From assembly GCA_035364055.1 (NCBI GenBank), contig DAOSFV010000001.1:1-41786 (forward strand): 41,786 nucleotides of DNA. Reading direction: 5' to 3'. Shown here one piece after another: positions 16,173 through 25,343 of the stretch (position 1 is its first letter; every line of letters begins with the position of its first letter). The position numbers and the translations under genes are program-made. The notes under the pieces were generated by a model. The model ran no database searches and had not been told where the DNA came from. It was given only the letters and a program-made list of their open reading frames with translations. This stretch comes from Candidatus Hydrogenedentota bacterium (lineage in GTDB: Bacteria > Hydrogenedentota > Hydrogenedentia > Hydrogenedentales > CAITNO01).

Positions 16173-17906
16173 ATGGAACCCCTCCGAAGCCTGAGACTGG
16201 GCGAGATTCTGGTGGCGCGGGGCGCCGTCCACCAGGAGCAGGTGGACGAGGCGCTGGAGCTCCAGAAGATCCGGCCCAAGCGCCTGGCCGAGCTGCTGCT
16301 CGACCTGGGCTACATCGAGGAGGACGCCCTGCTGGAGGCGCTCGGCGAGCAGTTCGGCATGTCCGTCGAGCTCGACCTGCGCAACAAGATCGACTCCTCC
16401 CTGACCACCAAGGTGCCCGTCTCCTTCATCCGCGAGTACCACATGGTGCCCTACCGGCAGAACGGGGCCTCTTGCCTGGTGGCGGTGAACGACCCCATCA
16501 GCCTGCACCCGCTGGACGACCTGCGGCTGCTGCTCGACTCCCCGGTGACCCCGGTGCTCTGCCGCAAGGCGGACATCCAGTACATCATCGACCTGTACTT
16601 CGAGCAGCAGAGCGAGAACGCGGGCGAGCTGATCGACGACCTGGCCCTGGAGGAGGGCGAGGGCAAGGTCCACACGCTGGACGGCGCCGAGTCGGAGCGC
16701 GACCTGCTGGACCTGGCGAACGAGGCCCCCATCATCAAGCTGATCAACCTGATCATCTCGGGGGCCGTGCGCGAGCGCGCGTCGGACATCCACATGGAGC
16801 CCTTCGAGCACTCGGTGCGCGTGCGCTACCGCATTGACGGCGTGCTCTACGAGAAATTCACCATCCCGCGCACGCAGCAGGCGGCGGTGGTCTCCCGCGT
16901 GAAGATCATGGCCAACCTTAACATCGCGGAGCACCGGCTGCCGCAGGACGGGCGCATCAAGATCCGCCTGAGCGGCAAGGAGATCGACATCCGCGTGTCC
17001 ATCATCCCGATCGCCCACGGCGAGCGGGTGGTGATGCGCATCCTGGAGAAGGGGAACTTCCTGTTCAGCCTGGAGCAGCTCGGGATGGACAAGCGGGACC
17101 ACCAGCTCATGGACAAGCTGATCCTGAGCTCCCACGGCATCATCCTGGTGACGGGCCCGACGGGCTCGGGCAAGTCCACCACCCTGTACGCGGCGCTCCA
17201 GCGGGTGAACTCGCCGGACAAGAACATCATCACGGTGGAGGACCCCATCGAGTACCTGATCGCGGGGATCGGCCAGATCCAGGTGCGCCCGAAGATCGGG
17301 CTCACCTTCGCGGCGGGGCTCCGCAGCATCCTGCGCCAGGACCCCGACATCATCCTCGTGGGCGAGATCCGCGACATGGAGACCGCCGAGATGGCGGTGC
17401 AGGCGTCGCTGACGGGCCACCTCGTCTTCGCCACGCTGCACACGAACGACAGCGCCGGCGCCGTGACGCGCCTGATCAACATGGGCATCGAGCCCTTCCT
17501 CGTGACCTCCTCCACCATCGCGATCCAGGCGCAGCGCCTCGTGCGCCGCATCTGCCCGAACTGCAAAGAGGAGTACACGCCGGACCCCGCGGGCCTCTCC
17601 GACCTGGGCCTCTCGCCCGACGACCCGCGGGTGCGGGTGCTCCACCGGGGCACGGGCTGCGACAAGTGCGCCGGGCGCGGCTACTACGGGCGCTCGGGCA
17701 TCTTCGAGCTGCTGGTCATGACGCCGCGCATCCAGGAGATGGTGCTGCAGGGGGCGGACTCCAACGCCATCAAGCGCGAGTCGCGCAGGCAGGGCATGCG
17801 CACCCTGCGCGAGGACGGGGCCGAAAAGATGCTCCGCGGCGAGACCACCATGGAGGAGATCCTCCGGGTGACGCGCGACGAGATGCTCGAGGAGGTGGTC
17901 AACTAA
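16173..17906 (+). CDS. gspE: Type II secretion ATPase with N-terminal MshEN-type domain
   Basis: Walker A is 'GPTGSGKSTTLYA'. 'DPDIILVGEIRD' and 'GHLVFATLHTND' are present, as is the tetracysteine 'CPNC...CDKC'. The N-terminus reads 'RLGEILVARGAV...'. Confidence 0.93.
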   Translation: MEPLRSLRLGEILVARGAVHQEQVDEALELQKIRPKRLAELLLDLGYIEEDALLEALGEQFGMSVELDLRNKIDSSLTTKVPVSFIREYHMVPYRQNGASCLVAVNDPISLHPLDDLRLLLDSPVTPVLCRKADIQYIIDLYFEQQSENAGELIDDLALEEGEGKVHTLDGAESERDLLDLANEAPIIKLINLIISGAVRERASDIHMEPFEHSVRVRYRIDGVLYEKFTIPRTQQAAVVSRVKIMANLNIAEHRLPQDGRIKIRLSGKEIDIRVSIIPIAHGERVVMRILEKGNFLFSLEQLGMDKRDHQLMDKLILSSHGIILVTGPTGSGKSTTLYAALQRVNSPDKNIITVEDPIEYLIAGIGQIQVRPKIGLTFAAGLRSILRQDPDIILVGEIRDMETAEMAVQASLTGHLVFATLHTNDSAGAVTRLINMGIEPFLVTSSTIAIQAQRLVRRICPNCKEEYTPDPAGLSDLGLSPDDPRVRVLHRGTGCDKCAGRGYYGRSGIFELLVMTPRIQEMVLQGADSNAIKRESRRQGMRTLREDGAEKMLRGETTMEEILRVTRDEMLEEVVN

Positions 17907-17909
17907 GCC

Positions 17910-19166
17910 ATGGCGGTGTTTGAATACAAGGCCCTCCTGAAAGGGACGGGCAAGACCGTCCACGGCGTCATAGACGCCGAGAACGCCGCCCAGGCCCGCC
18001 GGAAACTCCGCGAGCAGGACCTCTACCCCACCTGGATGGGCGAGGACAAGGGCGGCGGGGCCGCGCCGGGCGGGGGTGCCTCAGCGGCGGCCGCGGGACC
18101 CCGGGCGCTGCGCGGCGGGCGGGGGCGGGTCTCCGGGCGCGACCTGGCCCTCATGACGCGCCAGCTGGCGGTGCTCCTGCGGGCGGGCATGCCGCTGGTG
18201 GAGGCCCTCAGCGCCCTGATCGACCAGACCAGCCGCATGCGCCTGCGCGCCGTGATCTACGAGGTGCGCGAGAAGGTCAACAGCGGCCGCAGCCTGGGCG
18301 ATGCCCTGTCTGAGCATCCCCGCGTGTTCAGCATGCTCTACGTGAACATGGTGCGCGCGGGCGAGACGAGCGGCGCGCTGGAGCAGGTGCTGCTGCGGCT
18401 CGCCGACATCCTCGAGCGCCAGGCCAAGCTCCGCGCGCAGATCATCTCCGCCGTCGCCTACCCGGCGTTCATGGCCGTGTTCGCCTTCGGCATCATCATC
18501 TTCCTCATGGCGGTCATCGTGCCGCGCATCACCAAGCTCTTCGAGCGCCAGGGCCAGGAGCTGCCCGGCCTGACCAGGGCGCTCATCGCCGCCAGCGACC
18601 TTTTCGGAACCTGGTGGCCGGCGCTGCTGGGGGCCGCGGCCGGGGCGTTCTTCCTGTGGCGGCTGTGGATCTCCCGCGAGGAGGGCCGCCGGAAGTGGGA
18701 CGCGTGGAAGCTGAACTTCCCGCTCTACGGCCCGCTCCACCTCAAGATCGTGTGCGCCCGCTTCGCCCGCACGCTGGGCACGATGCTCCAGAGCGGGCTG
18801 ACCATGCTGCCCGCCCTCGAGGTGGTGAACACCATCATCGGCAACACCCACCTGCTCGCCCGCATGGACGACATCAAGGCGGGGGTGCGCCGGGGCCGCG
18901 ACCTGGCCCAGCCCCTCAAGGAGACGGGCATGTTCCCGCCCATGATGATCCACATGATCGAGCTGGGCCAGCGCAGCGGCGAGCTCGAGGACATGCTGAT
19001 CCAGGTGGCGGACACCTTCGACGAGGACGTCCGCCTGGCCATAGACGCCGTCGTGTCGCTGATCGAGCCCCTGATCATCATCGTCATGGGCCTCTTCGTG
19101 GGCATGCTCGTGCTGGCCATCCTGCTGCCCATATTCAAGATGAGCACAACCGCCGGGAAAGGATAA
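17910..19166 (+). CDS. gspF: Type II secretion inner-membrane platform protein
   Basis: Two GspF/PilC repeats are present: 'LALMTRQLAVLLRAGMPLVEAL' and 'FARTLGTMLQSGLTMLPAL'. Three hydrophobic TM segments are present. A Gly/Ala-rich insert 'GGGAAPGGGASAAAAGPRALRGGRGR' lies near the N-terminus. Confidence 0.9.
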   Translation: MAVFEYKALLKGTGKTVHGVIDAENAAQARRKLREQDLYPTWMGEDKGGGAAPGGGASAAAAGPRALRGGRGRVSGRDLALMTRQLAVLLRAGMPLVEALSALIDQTSRMRLRAVIYEVREKVNSGRSLGDALSEHPRVFSMLYVNMVRAGETSGALEQVLLRLADILERQAKLRAQIISAVAYPAFMAVFAFGIIIFLMAVIVPRITKLFERQGQELPGLTRALIAASDLFGTWWPALLGAAAGAFFLWRLWISREEGRRKWDAWKLNFPLYGPLHLKIVCARFARTLGTMLQSGLTMLPALEVVNTIIGNTHLLARMDDIKAGVRRGRDLAQPLKETGMFPPMMIHMIELGQRSGELEDMLIQVADTFDEDVRLAIDAVVSLIEPLIIIVMGLFVGMLVLAILLPIFKMSTTAGKG

Positions 19167-19170
19167 CCCC

Positions 19171-19566
19171 ATGGAAAAGAAACAGGCCGCACACCGCCGC
19201 GCCCGGACCGCGGGCTTCACCCTCGTCGAGCTGATGGTCGTCGTCGCCATCATCGCCATCCTGGCGACCACGGCGGGGGTGTACCTCTTCGGCGCCCTCG
19301 ACGACGCCGACCAGACCAAGGCCAAGGCGGAGATCCAGGCCATGAAGTCCGCCGTCACCGCCTACATGCTCAAGAACAACCGCAAGCTGCCCAACACCCT
19401 CGACGAGATCGCGCCCTTCATGGACCCGCCCAAGGTGCCGCAGGACCCCTGGGGCAACGCCTACGTCTACACCAAGGAGGGCACGCGGTCCTTCAAGATC
19501 GTGTCCTACGGCGCCGACGGCGCCCCCGGCGGCGACGGGGTGAACGCCGACGTGTCCAACGAATAG
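19171..19566 (+). CDS. gspG: Major pseudopilin
   Basis: The prepilin leader ends '...RTAG|FTLVELMVVVAIIAILA' with Glu at +5. 'QTKAKAEIQAMKSAV', 'DPWGNAYVY' and 'SYGADGAPGG' are textbook GspG blocks. Confidence 0.93.
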   Translation: MEKKQAAHRRARTAGFTLVELMVVVAIIAILATTAGVYLFGALDDADQTKAKAEIQAMKSAVTAYMLKNNRKLPNTLDEIAPFMDPPKVPQDPWGNAYVYTKEGTRSFKIVSYGADGAPGGDGVNADVSNE

Positions 19567-19591
19567 CGGGTCCGCCCGCCGGGAACCCATC

Positions 19592-20473
19592 ATGCCCGCC
19601 GCAACGACATGCGCCCCCGGCGCCGTCCCGTCCGCGGGACGCCACCGCGCCCGGCCCCGGCCGCGCGCGCGCGGGTTCACGCTGCTGGAGCTGTGCGTGG
19701 TGATCGTCATCATCGGCGTCATCGCGGGCATCTCCGCGCCCTACCTCGTGGACCTGGTCGCCTTCGGCGAGGTGGACGGCGAGGCGCGCCGTCTGGCGGG
19801 CTACGGCTCCGCCGTGGTGGCCGAGGCCGCCCTGTTCAAGACCCCCCTGCTCTTCCGCATCGACCTCGACCGGCAGGAGTACTACACGGTCCAGCTGGTG
19901 TACCCCGAGCCCGAGGCGGCGGACGGGGAGGAGGCCCCGGCCGACCAGGCGGCGCTGCTGCGCGAGTTCGCCAGGTCCAGCGGCCTGTCCTCCGCCGACC
20001 TGAGCAACGCGCTGGCGGGCGGGGCGTCGGACGACCCGCGCTTCCGCGGCATGCTTCCCGACGACTTCGACGCGGAGCTGGCGGACCAGCAGATGAACGA
20101 CAAGTTCGGCCGCTTCGCCCGCACGCTGCTGGAGACGCGGGCGAAGAACGTGGTGCACAACGACGGTTTTTTGGACGAGATCGGCCCGCTCTTCGAGAAG
20201 GAGTTCACCCTGGAGGAGGAGGAGCCGGTGGAGGAGGAGCTGGGCGACCCGATCCTCATGCGGCGGAAGCTGCCCGAGGGCATCCAGGTCGAGAGCGTCT
20301 CCATCGACGGCGGCAAGAGCGGGCGCGGGCTCGTGGAGATCAAGGTGTCGCCCCTGGGCCTGTCGCAGCGCGTCGGGTTCCACGTGGTCAACGCCGACGG
20401 CGAGTACATGACCGTGTGGTGGGACCCCCTCTCCGGGCGCGGCGTGTCGCGCTCGGGCAAGCAGGACGTCTGA
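19592..20473 (+). CDS. gspH: Minor pseudopilin, GspH-like (unusually long, 293 aa)
   Basis: The prepilin N-terminus is 'RARG|FTLLELCVVIVIIGVIAGISAPYL'. It sits directly after gspG. The assignment rests on gene order and the N-terminus only. Confidence 0.6.
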   Translation: MPAATTCAPGAVPSAGRHRARPRPRARGFTLLELCVVIVIIGVIAGISAPYLVDLVAFGEVDGEARRLAGYGSAVVAEAALFKTPLLFRIDLDRQEYYTVQLVYPEPEAADGEEAPADQAALLREFARSSGLSSADLSNALAGGASDDPRFRGMLPDDFDAELADQQMNDKFGRFARTLLETRAKNVVHNDGFLDEIGPLFEKEFTLEEEEPVEEELGDPILMRRKLPEGIQVESVSIDGGKSGRGLVEIKVSPLGLSQRVGFHVVNADGEYMTVWWDPLSGRGVSRSGKQDV

Positions 20474-20475
20474 CC

Positions 20476-21057
20476 ATGCACGCCCCGGCGCGCGGCGCGC
20501 GGACAGCAGGCGGCTTCACGCTCATGGAGGTGCTCGTGGCGCTGGGCGTGCTCTCCGTGTCCCTCTTCGTGCTGGTGAGCGCGCACTACTCCGCCATGAA
20601 CCTCGTGGTGGAGGGCATGGACGAGGCGGACCGGCGCATGCTGCTGGAGAGCGCCGTCGGCCGCGCCGAGGTCGCCGTCATGACGGGGAACCTGAGCGGC
20701 GGCGGCGAGTTCGGGGCGGCCCACGAGGGATTCTCGTGGTCCTTCGAGGCCGTGCCCGCGGGCACCGACGAGATGGTGCCCCTCTACCAGGTCACCGCCA
20801 CCCTCACCACGCCCGACGACACCCAGTCCCTCGACTTCTTCGTCTTCAACAACACGGAGTCTGAAAGCGCCGGCGGCGGCGAGCTGACCGGCGAGTCCTC
20901 CATCAAGCGCGGCGCGGCCGGCCGGGGGGCGGGCGCCTCCGGCGCGATGGAGGGCATGGGCGCCCGGGGCTCCTCGCGCGGTTCGGGCGGATCCTCCTCC
21001 CGGGGCTCCTCGTCGCGGGGCCGCTCCGGCGGCATGTTCTCGGGGGGATCGCGATGA
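20476..21057 (+). CDS. gspI: Minor pseudopilin, GspI-like, with Gly/Ser/Arg-rich C-terminal tail
   Basis: This is the 3' part of ORF 19609..21057. ATG 20476 lies 2 nt after the gspH stop. The N-terminus is 'TAGG|FTLMEVLVALGVLSVSLFVLV'. The small globular part reads 'VPLYQVTATLTTPDD'. Confidence 0.65.
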   Translation: MHAPARGARTAGGFTLMEVLVALGVLSVSLFVLVSAHYSAMNLVVEGMDEADRRMLLESAVGRAEVAVMTGNLSGGGEFGAAHEGFSWSFEAVPAGTDEMVPLYQVTATLTTPDDTQSLDFFVFNNTESESAGGGELTGESSIKRGAAGRGAGASGAMEGMGARGSSRGSGGSSSRGSSSRGRSGGMFSGGSR

Positions 21058-21890
21058 GCGCGCACCTCCGCAAAGAAGGGTTCACGCTGCTGGAGCTGCT
21101 GGTGGCCATGCTGGTGCTGGTGGTGATCACGGCGATCGTTCAGGCGACCTTCGCCTCCGTGACGGACACGATGGCGGCGGCGCGCGACGAGTCGGACAGG
21201 CTGCTGATGCGCCAGACGCTGCACCGGAGCCTCAAGACGAACCTCTCGTCGGTCTACGCGGACCAGGCCTGCCTCATGTCGGAGTTCGCCCTGCTGGGCG
21301 AAACCGGCGACGGGGCCTTCGGCCCGGGGGACAGCCTGCGGTTCTGCGCGGCCCTGCCGATGCCGGGGGCCTTCGCGCTGCCCGGCGAGCTGAAGGTCGT
21401 CGAGTACACCGTGGTCCCCGAGGGCGACCTCGACTGGGCGGCGATGGGCTATCCCGGCGACCCGGAGCGCCCGGCCATGGCCCTGGTGATCAGCGAGTAC
21501 CCCGTGCAGCGGCAGGACGACCTCGGCGGCGACCTCTCCGGCGCGGCGGAGCTGCCGATCTCCGAGCGGGCGGTGCCGGTGGCCTCCTTCGACGTGCAGT
21601 ATTTCGACGGGCTGACGGAGGAGTGGCTGACGGACTGGGACTCCCTGGCGGAGCAGCGCCTGCCGTGGGCGGTGTGGGTGCGGGTGAACTTTCCCCGGGG
21701 CGACGGCGAGGCCCCCCCGGCGCAGGAGGACGGCGGGTTCGAGGCCGCCGACCTCGACGTGATGATCCCCCTGGCGCCGGGCGCCGGGCTGACGGAGCCC
21801 TTCCCCGACCAGAACCACATGCGGGCGGTGGACTGGGCCGAGACGGACCAGAACCTCACGGAGGACGCGAAGCGTGGCGCGCGCAAGTGA
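21054..21890 (+). CDS. gspJ: Minor pseudopilin, GspJ-like
   Basis: The N-terminus is 'LRKEG|FTLLELLVAMLVLVVITAIV'. The start overlaps the upstream stop (ATGA). Size and position fit GspJ. Confidence 0.65.
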   Translation: MSAHLRKEGFTLLELLVAMLVLVVITAIVQATFASVTDTMAAARDESDRLLMRQTLHRSLKTNLSSVYADQACLMSEFALLGETGDGAFGPGDSLRFCAALPMPGAFALPGELKVVEYTVVPEGDLDWAAMGYPGDPERPAMALVISEYPVQRQDDLGGDLSGAAELPISERAVPVASFDVQYFDGLTEEWLTDWDSLAEQRLPWAVWVRVNFPRGDGEAPPAQEDGGFEAADLDVMIPLAPGAGLTEPFPDQNHMRAVDWAETDQNLTEDAKRGARK

Positions 21891-23271
21891 CACGGGCCGG
21901 AAAGGGCGCGGCGGCGAGCGGGGCGTGGCCCTGCTGCTCGCCCTCGTGTTCACGGCGGTCCTGGCCGCGCTGGTCTTCGGCTTCCTCTACGAGAGCCAGG
22001 TCACGGCGTCGCTCGTCCAGAACAGCTCGGCGGACTTCGAGGCGCTGATCGCGGCGAAGTCGGCCGCGGCCAACGGCCTGTCCCTGCTCCTCGACGACCT
22101 GCTGGAGACGGAGATGAACGGGATGCCCGAGGTGGACAGCCTGCTCGACCCGTCGGGGTGGGCGTCGGGGCTGCCCTTCGAGCCGCTGAACGGCGCGATG
22201 ATGCGCACCAGCATCTCCGACGAGTGCGGCAAGCTCAACCTGAACGCGCTGATCTCCGTGCGCGACGACGGCCAGCCCGTGCGCAACGAGGAGCTGATCA
22301 CGGCGCTGCGCAGTTTCTTCAACCTGCGCAGCGACACGGACCGCGACCCGGTGGACGCCATCATCGACTGGCTCGACTACGACGACATGGACGCGGAGGA
22401 GCCCGAGGGCGCGGAGAACAGCTACTACATGGGGCTGGAGAACCCCTTCCCCTGCAAGAACGGGCCGATGGACGCCATCGAGGAACTGCTGCTGATCAAG
22501 GGCATCACGCCGGAGCTGTATTTCGGCGACCCCGCCCAGGAGCAGCTCCCGCTCTCCGAGTACCTCACGGTCCACGGCGACTGGGGCGGCCGCGTCAACG
22601 TGAACACGGCGCGCGAGGAGGTGATCGCGGCGGTCCTCGGCGGCTACACGGGCAACGAGGACATCGGGGTGGCGCGGCAGATCTACGACGAGGTGCAGAC
22701 GCAGCCCTACGAGGACCTCAACCGGCTTTCGGCCATGCTCGGCCCCATGCTGCCCGCGGGCGCGGACCCCGGCGCCGACGGCAAGAAGCCCGGCGCGGGC
22801 AAGCCCGGCGCCAAACCGGACGCCGTCTCGCGGGCGACCAAGCAGCGGGCGCCCGAATCCGCCGCGAAAAGCGCCGAGAAGCAGATCATGCCGGAGACCT
22901 CCTTCGGCGGCGGCCGCAACGCCGCCCGGAAGCCCGGATCCCAGAAGCCCGGCTCCCTGCCGCCCGGCGTGGTGCGCCCTAACACGGACACGGGCCGGGA
23001 CAATGTGACGAACCCGCAGCTCCAGGAGCAGCTGCGGCAGCAGGACTCCGTAAGCCGCATGTTCCGGGTGAACAGCACGGCGTTCCGCATCCACGGCGAC
23101 GGCATGGTGGGCGACACGCTGGCCCGGGTCGAGGCGTTTGTGTTCCGCACCCCGCTGGACGTGTCGGAGCTGGAGCGGTCGGCGTCGAACGCGGGCGGCG
23201 CCCTGGCCCAGGGCGGGAACCCGGTGCCGCTCACGCCCTTCCGCATTCTGGACTGGAAGGTCATCCAATGA
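21874..23271 (+). CDS. gspK: Minor pseudopilin, GspK-like
   Basis: The start is GTG 21874, overlapping the gspJ 3' end. The hydrophobic N-terminus 'GVALLLALVFTAVLAALVF' lacks Glu+5. GspK blocks present are 'ISDECGKLNLNAL', 'AIIDWLDYDD', 'NSYY' and 'NGPMDAIEELLLIKGITPELY'. Confidence 0.8.
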   Translation: MARASDTGRKGRGGERGVALLLALVFTAVLAALVFGFLYESQVTASLVQNSSADFEALIAAKSAAANGLSLLLDDLLETEMNGMPEVDSLLDPSGWASGLPFEPLNGAMMRTSISDECGKLNLNALISVRDDGQPVRNEELITALRSFFNLRSDTDRDPVDAIIDWLDYDDMDAEEPEGAENSYYMGLENPFPCKNGPMDAIEELLLIKGITPELYFGDPAQEQLPLSEYLTVHGDWGGRVNVNTAREEVIAAVLGGYTGNEDIGVARQIYDEVQTQPYEDLNRLSAMLGPMLPAGADPGADGKKPGAGKPGAKPDAVSRATKQRAPESAAKSAEKQIMPETSFGGGRNAARKPGSQKPGSLPPGVVRPNTDTGRDNVTNPQLQEQLRQQDSVSRMFRVNSTAFRIHGDGMVGDTLARVEAFVFRTPLDVSELERSASNAGGALAQGGNPVPLTPFRILDWKVIQ

Positions 23272-23358
23272 TTCAGGTATGGTGGCGCATCCCGGCGGGC
23301 GCGCCGGGGGACAAACACGGCGGGACGCCTCCGGCGGCCCCCCGGGGAGTGGTCTGAC

Positions 23359-24822
23359 ATGGCCTTTGGCGCGAAAGTGGCATCCATCGAATTCGCCCGC
23401 GACGAGGTGCGCGTCGCCGTGGTGCGCGCGGGCGGCCGGCTCCCGGAAATCCTGGAGACCGCCGCCGTCCCCGTGGCCTGCGAGAACCCCGACGACCGGC
23501 CCGCGGCCCTGGCGGCGGCCCTCGACGAGGCGCTCAACGCGCTGCGCCAGCGGCCCGCGGCCTATGTCCTGTGCGTCGAGTCGGCCCGGGCCACGGTGCG
23601 CAACCTGCGCGTGCCCTTCCGGGGCGCGGCGCGGGTGGCCAAGTCCGTGCCCTTCGAACTTGAGCCGCACCTTCCCTTCCCGCTGGAGGAGATCGCCGTG
23701 GACCACCTGGTCATCGGCGAGGCCGGCGGCGAGACCGACGTGCTGGCCGTGGGCATCCGCCGGAGGCACCTGGAGGAGTACACGGCGGTCCTCGACGCCG
23801 CCGGGGTGGACGTGGAGTCCGTGAGCCTCGACGTGTCGGGCCTCACCGCCCTGTGGCACCACGCCCGCCGCGCGCGCGGCGGGCTCGAGGCGGTCCTCCA
23901 CCTCCGCGAGGAGGGCGCCTGCCTCGCCGTGGTCAGCGGCCGCACCCTGGCCTTCTTCCGCCACATCCCCATCGGCGCCGCCGAGTTTCTGGAGGACCCG
24001 GCGCGCATGGCCCGCGAGGCGCGCAACACCCTGCGCTCGTTCCTCGCCAAGTGGCGCGGGGGCGACGCCGAGATCGCCGAGCTGGGCCTGACGGGCGCCG
24101 AGCCCGCCCCGGAGACGCTCGACGCCTTCTCGGCCGCCCTGGGCATGCCCGTGTCGCCCGTGTGCCTGCTGGGCGGGCTGCGCGGCGGGGCCCCGGTCCT
24201 CCAGCGCGACGGCGACCTGGCCCGGTTCAACCGGTGGGAGGCCGTGGTGGGCGCGGGGGCCTGCGCGGCCCGCGGCGAGTTCGCCTTCGACCTGGGCCGC
24301 ACCGAGCGCGGATGGGAGGGCACCGTGGCGGGCATGGTGTCGCACCTGCTCTTCTCGTCGTGCCTGGCCCTGGCGCTGGTGCTGGGCTGGGCCTTCTACT
24401 ACCACCAGACCACCACGGCCACCCGCGCCCTGACGGAGCAGCTGCGGGCGAAGACCGCGGAGATCCGCGCCGAGACCGAGACCCTGTCCACCCAGGGCCT
24501 CGGCGAGGACGTGGACATCACGCCCTTCGCCGACCCGCCGCTGCTGGACATCATGAAGGAGATCGGGGCGCGCATGCCGGAGACGCTGGTGACGGTGACG
24601 GAGATCAAGGTGGCCCCGCCCGGATCGCGCGGCGCGTGGGTCACCATCGCCGGCGAGACCCCGTCCGCCGAGCAGTTCAACACCATGTTCGAGGAGCTCA
24701 AGAAGTCCGCCGTGTTCAAGGTGGCGGAGGACGCGAGCATCCGCCTGCAGGGGGACCGGACGACCTTCCGCATCCGGGCCTTCCGGCCGAACCAGGAGAT
24801 CGAAGATGAAGCGCAGCCTTGA
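23359..24822 (+). CDS. gspL: GspL-like assembly protein (PilM/actin-like cytoplasmic domain + TM + periplasmic ferredoxin-like domain)
   Basis: The protein is 487 aa. The cytoplasmic region reads 'VASIEF..DEVRVAVV...VPFELEPHLPFPLEE...'. A single TM helix is 'MVSHLLFSSCLALALVLGWAFYY'. A coiled-coil follows, then the periplasmic domain. GGGGAG lies 9 nt before the ATG. Confidence 0.7.
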   Translation: MAFGAKVASIEFARDEVRVAVVRAGGRLPEILETAAVPVACENPDDRPAALAAALDEALNALRQRPAAYVLCVESARATVRNLRVPFRGAARVAKSVPFELEPHLPFPLEEIAVDHLVIGEAGGETDVLAVGIRRRHLEEYTAVLDAAGVDVESVSLDVSGLTALWHHARRARGGLEAVLHLREEGACLAVVSGRTLAFFRHIPIGAAEFLEDPARMAREARNTLRSFLAKWRGGDAEIAELGLTGAEPAPETLDAFSAALGMPVSPVCLLGGLRGGAPVLQRDGDLARFNRWEAVVGAGACAARGEFAFDLGRTERGWEGTVAGMVSHLLFSSCLALALVLGWAFYYHQTTTATRALTEQLRAKTAEIRAETETLSTQGLGEDVDITPFADPPLLDIMKEIGARMPETLVTVTEIKVAPPGSRGAWVTIAGETPSAEQFNTMFEELKKSAVFKVAEDASIRLQGDRTTFRIRAFRPNQEIEDEAQP

Positions 24823-25327
24823 CCGCCGGGAACAGGCCGGCCTCGCCATGGGCATCCTCGCCGTGACCCTCGTGGTCATGCTGGCCCTCTACGTGCCCGC
24901 GGGGCCGCGCAAGACGAGCCTGCGCGCGAAGGCCGACCTCCAGTCCGCGAAGGACGAGCTCCAGCTGGAGCAGATGGCCAGCCTCGACGTGCGCGACCGC
25001 CTCGAGCGGCAGAAGCAGCTCATGGACCAGCTCGCCAGGCGCAAGCCCGACTTCTCCCTCTTCTCCCACGTGGACGGCCTCCTCAACAAGCGCGGGCTGC
25101 GGTCCAAGGCCCAGCTCGAGCAGTACAAGCCGCGCAACGGCTCGGCGAAACAGCCCATGGTCCAGCTCCGGCTCCAGGAGGTGCCCCTCAAGGAGCTGGT
25201 CTCGCTCCTCCACGACCTCTACAGCGGCGACGCGCTGGTCTCGGTCTACAAGGTGGACACCATGCGGCCCGCGCCCTCCGGCAAGGGGCTCGACTGCGAC
25301 GTCACCTTCATGACCATCACCTCCTGA
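24806..25327 (+). CDS. gspM: GspM-like small bitopic membrane protein
   Basis: The protein is 173 aa. The N-terminal TM is 'GLAMGILAVTLVVMLALYV', followed by a coiled-coil. It is the last gene of the cluster and overlaps the gspL 3' end. AGGAG lies 7 nt before the ATG. Confidence 0.6.
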   Translation: MKRSLDRREQAGLAMGILAVTLVVMLALYVPAGPRKTSLRAKADLQSAKDELQLEQMASLDVRDRLERQKQLMDQLARRKPDFSLFSHVDGLLNKRGLRSKAQLEQYKPRNGSAKQPMVQLRLQEVPLKELVSLLHDLYSGDALVSVYKVDTMRPAPSGKGLDCDVTFMTITS

Positions 25328-25343
25328 CCGGGCGCCCCGCGCC

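Noticed and set aside
12330-17963. A 1877-aa ORF on the minus strand, antisense to gspC, gspD and gspE. Similar giants lie at 21856..24879 (-), 34142..37735 (+), 27256..29838 (-), 29868..32264 (-), 10280..12358 (+) and 37886..40129 (+).
   Set aside because: Their translations are Arg/Gly/Pro/His/Ala-rich low-complexity strings with no motifs. Each lies exactly opposite a gene with clear family signatures. In ~70% GC DNA with GC-rich third positions, stop codons are rare on the antisense strand, so these are shadow ORFs.
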